Below are positions 63,142 to 64,000 of a stretch of 64,000 bases of DNA, one piece after another (within the stretch, counting starts at the first letter, position 1; every line of letters starts with the position of its first letter). The DNA comes from Clostridia bacterium (GTDB lineage: Bacteria; Bacillota; Clostridia; TANB77; UBA1234). The notes beneath the pieces were generated by a model. It did not search any database and was not told the origin of the DNA. It saw only the letters and a list, made by a program, of their open reading frames with translations. The DNA lies in assembly GCA_017539905.1 (NCBI GenBank), contig JAFYBZ010000022.1:77191-141190 (forward strand). The letters run 5' to 3'. The position numbers and the translations under genes were made by a program.

Positions 63142-64000
63142 ATGATTGATTACAAAGAGCAAATTGCCTTGAAAATAGCTGAAATTACGGTAACTAACAA
63201 AGATGATATAAAGAATTATATAGAAGTGCCTCAAAATACAGAAATGGGGGACTTCGCTTTTCCATGCTTTAGACTTGCTAAAGAGCTTAAAAAGTCTCCT
63301 ATGCAAATTGCCGAAGACATCAAATCTCAATTTGGTGAGAATGAATTAATAGACAAAGTTGAAGTTGTTAATGGATATTTAAATATATTTATTAAAAAAG
63401 ATGCTTATATTTATGATGTTATGAAATCGGTTTTAGCTGAAGGAGATAACTATGGTAGATCCAACATTGGTAATGGTAAAACAATTGTTATCGATTATTC
63501 GTCACCTAATATTGCAAAGCCATTCCACATTGGACATCTTCGTTCAACAGTTATTGGAAATTCACTTTATAAAATATATGATTTTTTAGGGTTCAAAGTT
63601 ATAGGCATTAACCATTTAGGCGACTGGGGTATGGGCGTATGTCGTACTATTGCAGGATACTTAATGTGGAAAGACGAATATGATTTTTCTGAAAGACCAA
63701 TAGATAGCATTTTGGCAATCTATGTTAGATATAACAAAATAGAAAAAGAAGATCCTGATTTTAAACAACATGCAGTTGATGCATTAAAGAAACTTGAAGC
63801 AGGCGATGAAGAGATTACTAAAATCTGGAATTGGATTATAAAAGTAAGTCTTGAAAATTATCAAAAGATTTACGATTTAATGGATTGTAAGTTTGATTCA
63901 TATAACGGTGAAGCTTTTTATAATGACAAGATGGATAGAGTAATTAAAGAGCTTGAAGATAAGAATTTACTTGTTGAATCTGAAGGCGCTAAAGTTGTTA
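63142..64000 (+). CDS. argS: arginine--tRNA ligase, N-terminal part (continues beyond window end)
   Basis: EMGDFAFPCFRLAKELKKSP, IDYSSPNIAKPFHIGHLRSTVIGN (HIGH). Confidence 0.92.
   Translation, partial: MIDYKEQIALKIAEITVTNKDDIKNYIEVPQNTEMGDFAFPCFRLAKELKKSPMQIAEDIKSQFGENELIDKVEVVNGYLNIFIKKDAYIYDVMKSVLAEGDNYGRSNIGNGKTIVIDYSSPNIAKPFHIGHLRSTVIGNSLYKIYDFLGFKVIGINHLGDWGMGVCRTIAGYLMWKDEYDFSERPIDSILAIYVRYNKIEKEDPDFKQHAVDALKKLEAGDEEITKIWNWIIKVSLENYQKIYDLMDCKFDSYNGEAFYNDKMDRVIKELEDKNLLVESEGAKVV

Overview
Low-GC (roughly one-third G+C by eye) Firmicutes/Clostridia-like chromosomal segment, almost fully coding. Housekeeping genes: tgt, desulfoferrodoxin, an O-methyltransferase, cls, uvrB, folA, class I lysyl-tRNA synthetase, argS (partial), plus frameshifted helD-like, recG and vanZ-like genes. 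Cell-envelope content: a 9-gene polysaccharide locus (21.4-30.1 kb: priming transferase, GT1/GT2, Wzy, Wzx, pyruvyl- and acetyltransferase), a Wzz/tyrosine-kinase/phosphatase module (37.2-39.5 kb), a ~2270-aa SLH-anchored repeat protein, a second SLH protein and a dockerin-bearing C1 peptidase. The strongest non-genic signal is a ~28-nt palindromic repeat (TGCAACTAGGGGACGGTTCTCAAGTTGCA and a GGGACAGGTCTA variant). It forms nine intergenic arrays, about 35 units by hand count. An intact HUH/Y1 (RAYT-like) transposase gene sits between mirror-image arrays at 12.3-13.4 kb, so this looks like a REP/RAYT (REPtron-like) system. Candidate novel or accessory modules: (i) a very AT-rich four-ORF cassette with two unrelated HEPN (R-x4-H) proteins at 30.3-32.6 kb; (ii) a HipT-like truncated HipA-family kinase with a separately promoted small HipS-like ORF at 58.5-60.1 kb; (iii) two GC-rich, apparently foreign single-gene insertions (P-loop ATPase plus degenerate CYTH-like domain at 53.0-54.3 kb; orphan 140-aa cassette at 35.9-36.4 kb). 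No rRNA, tRNA or CRISPR array was recognised. All functional calls rest on motif recognition by eye, with no database searches.
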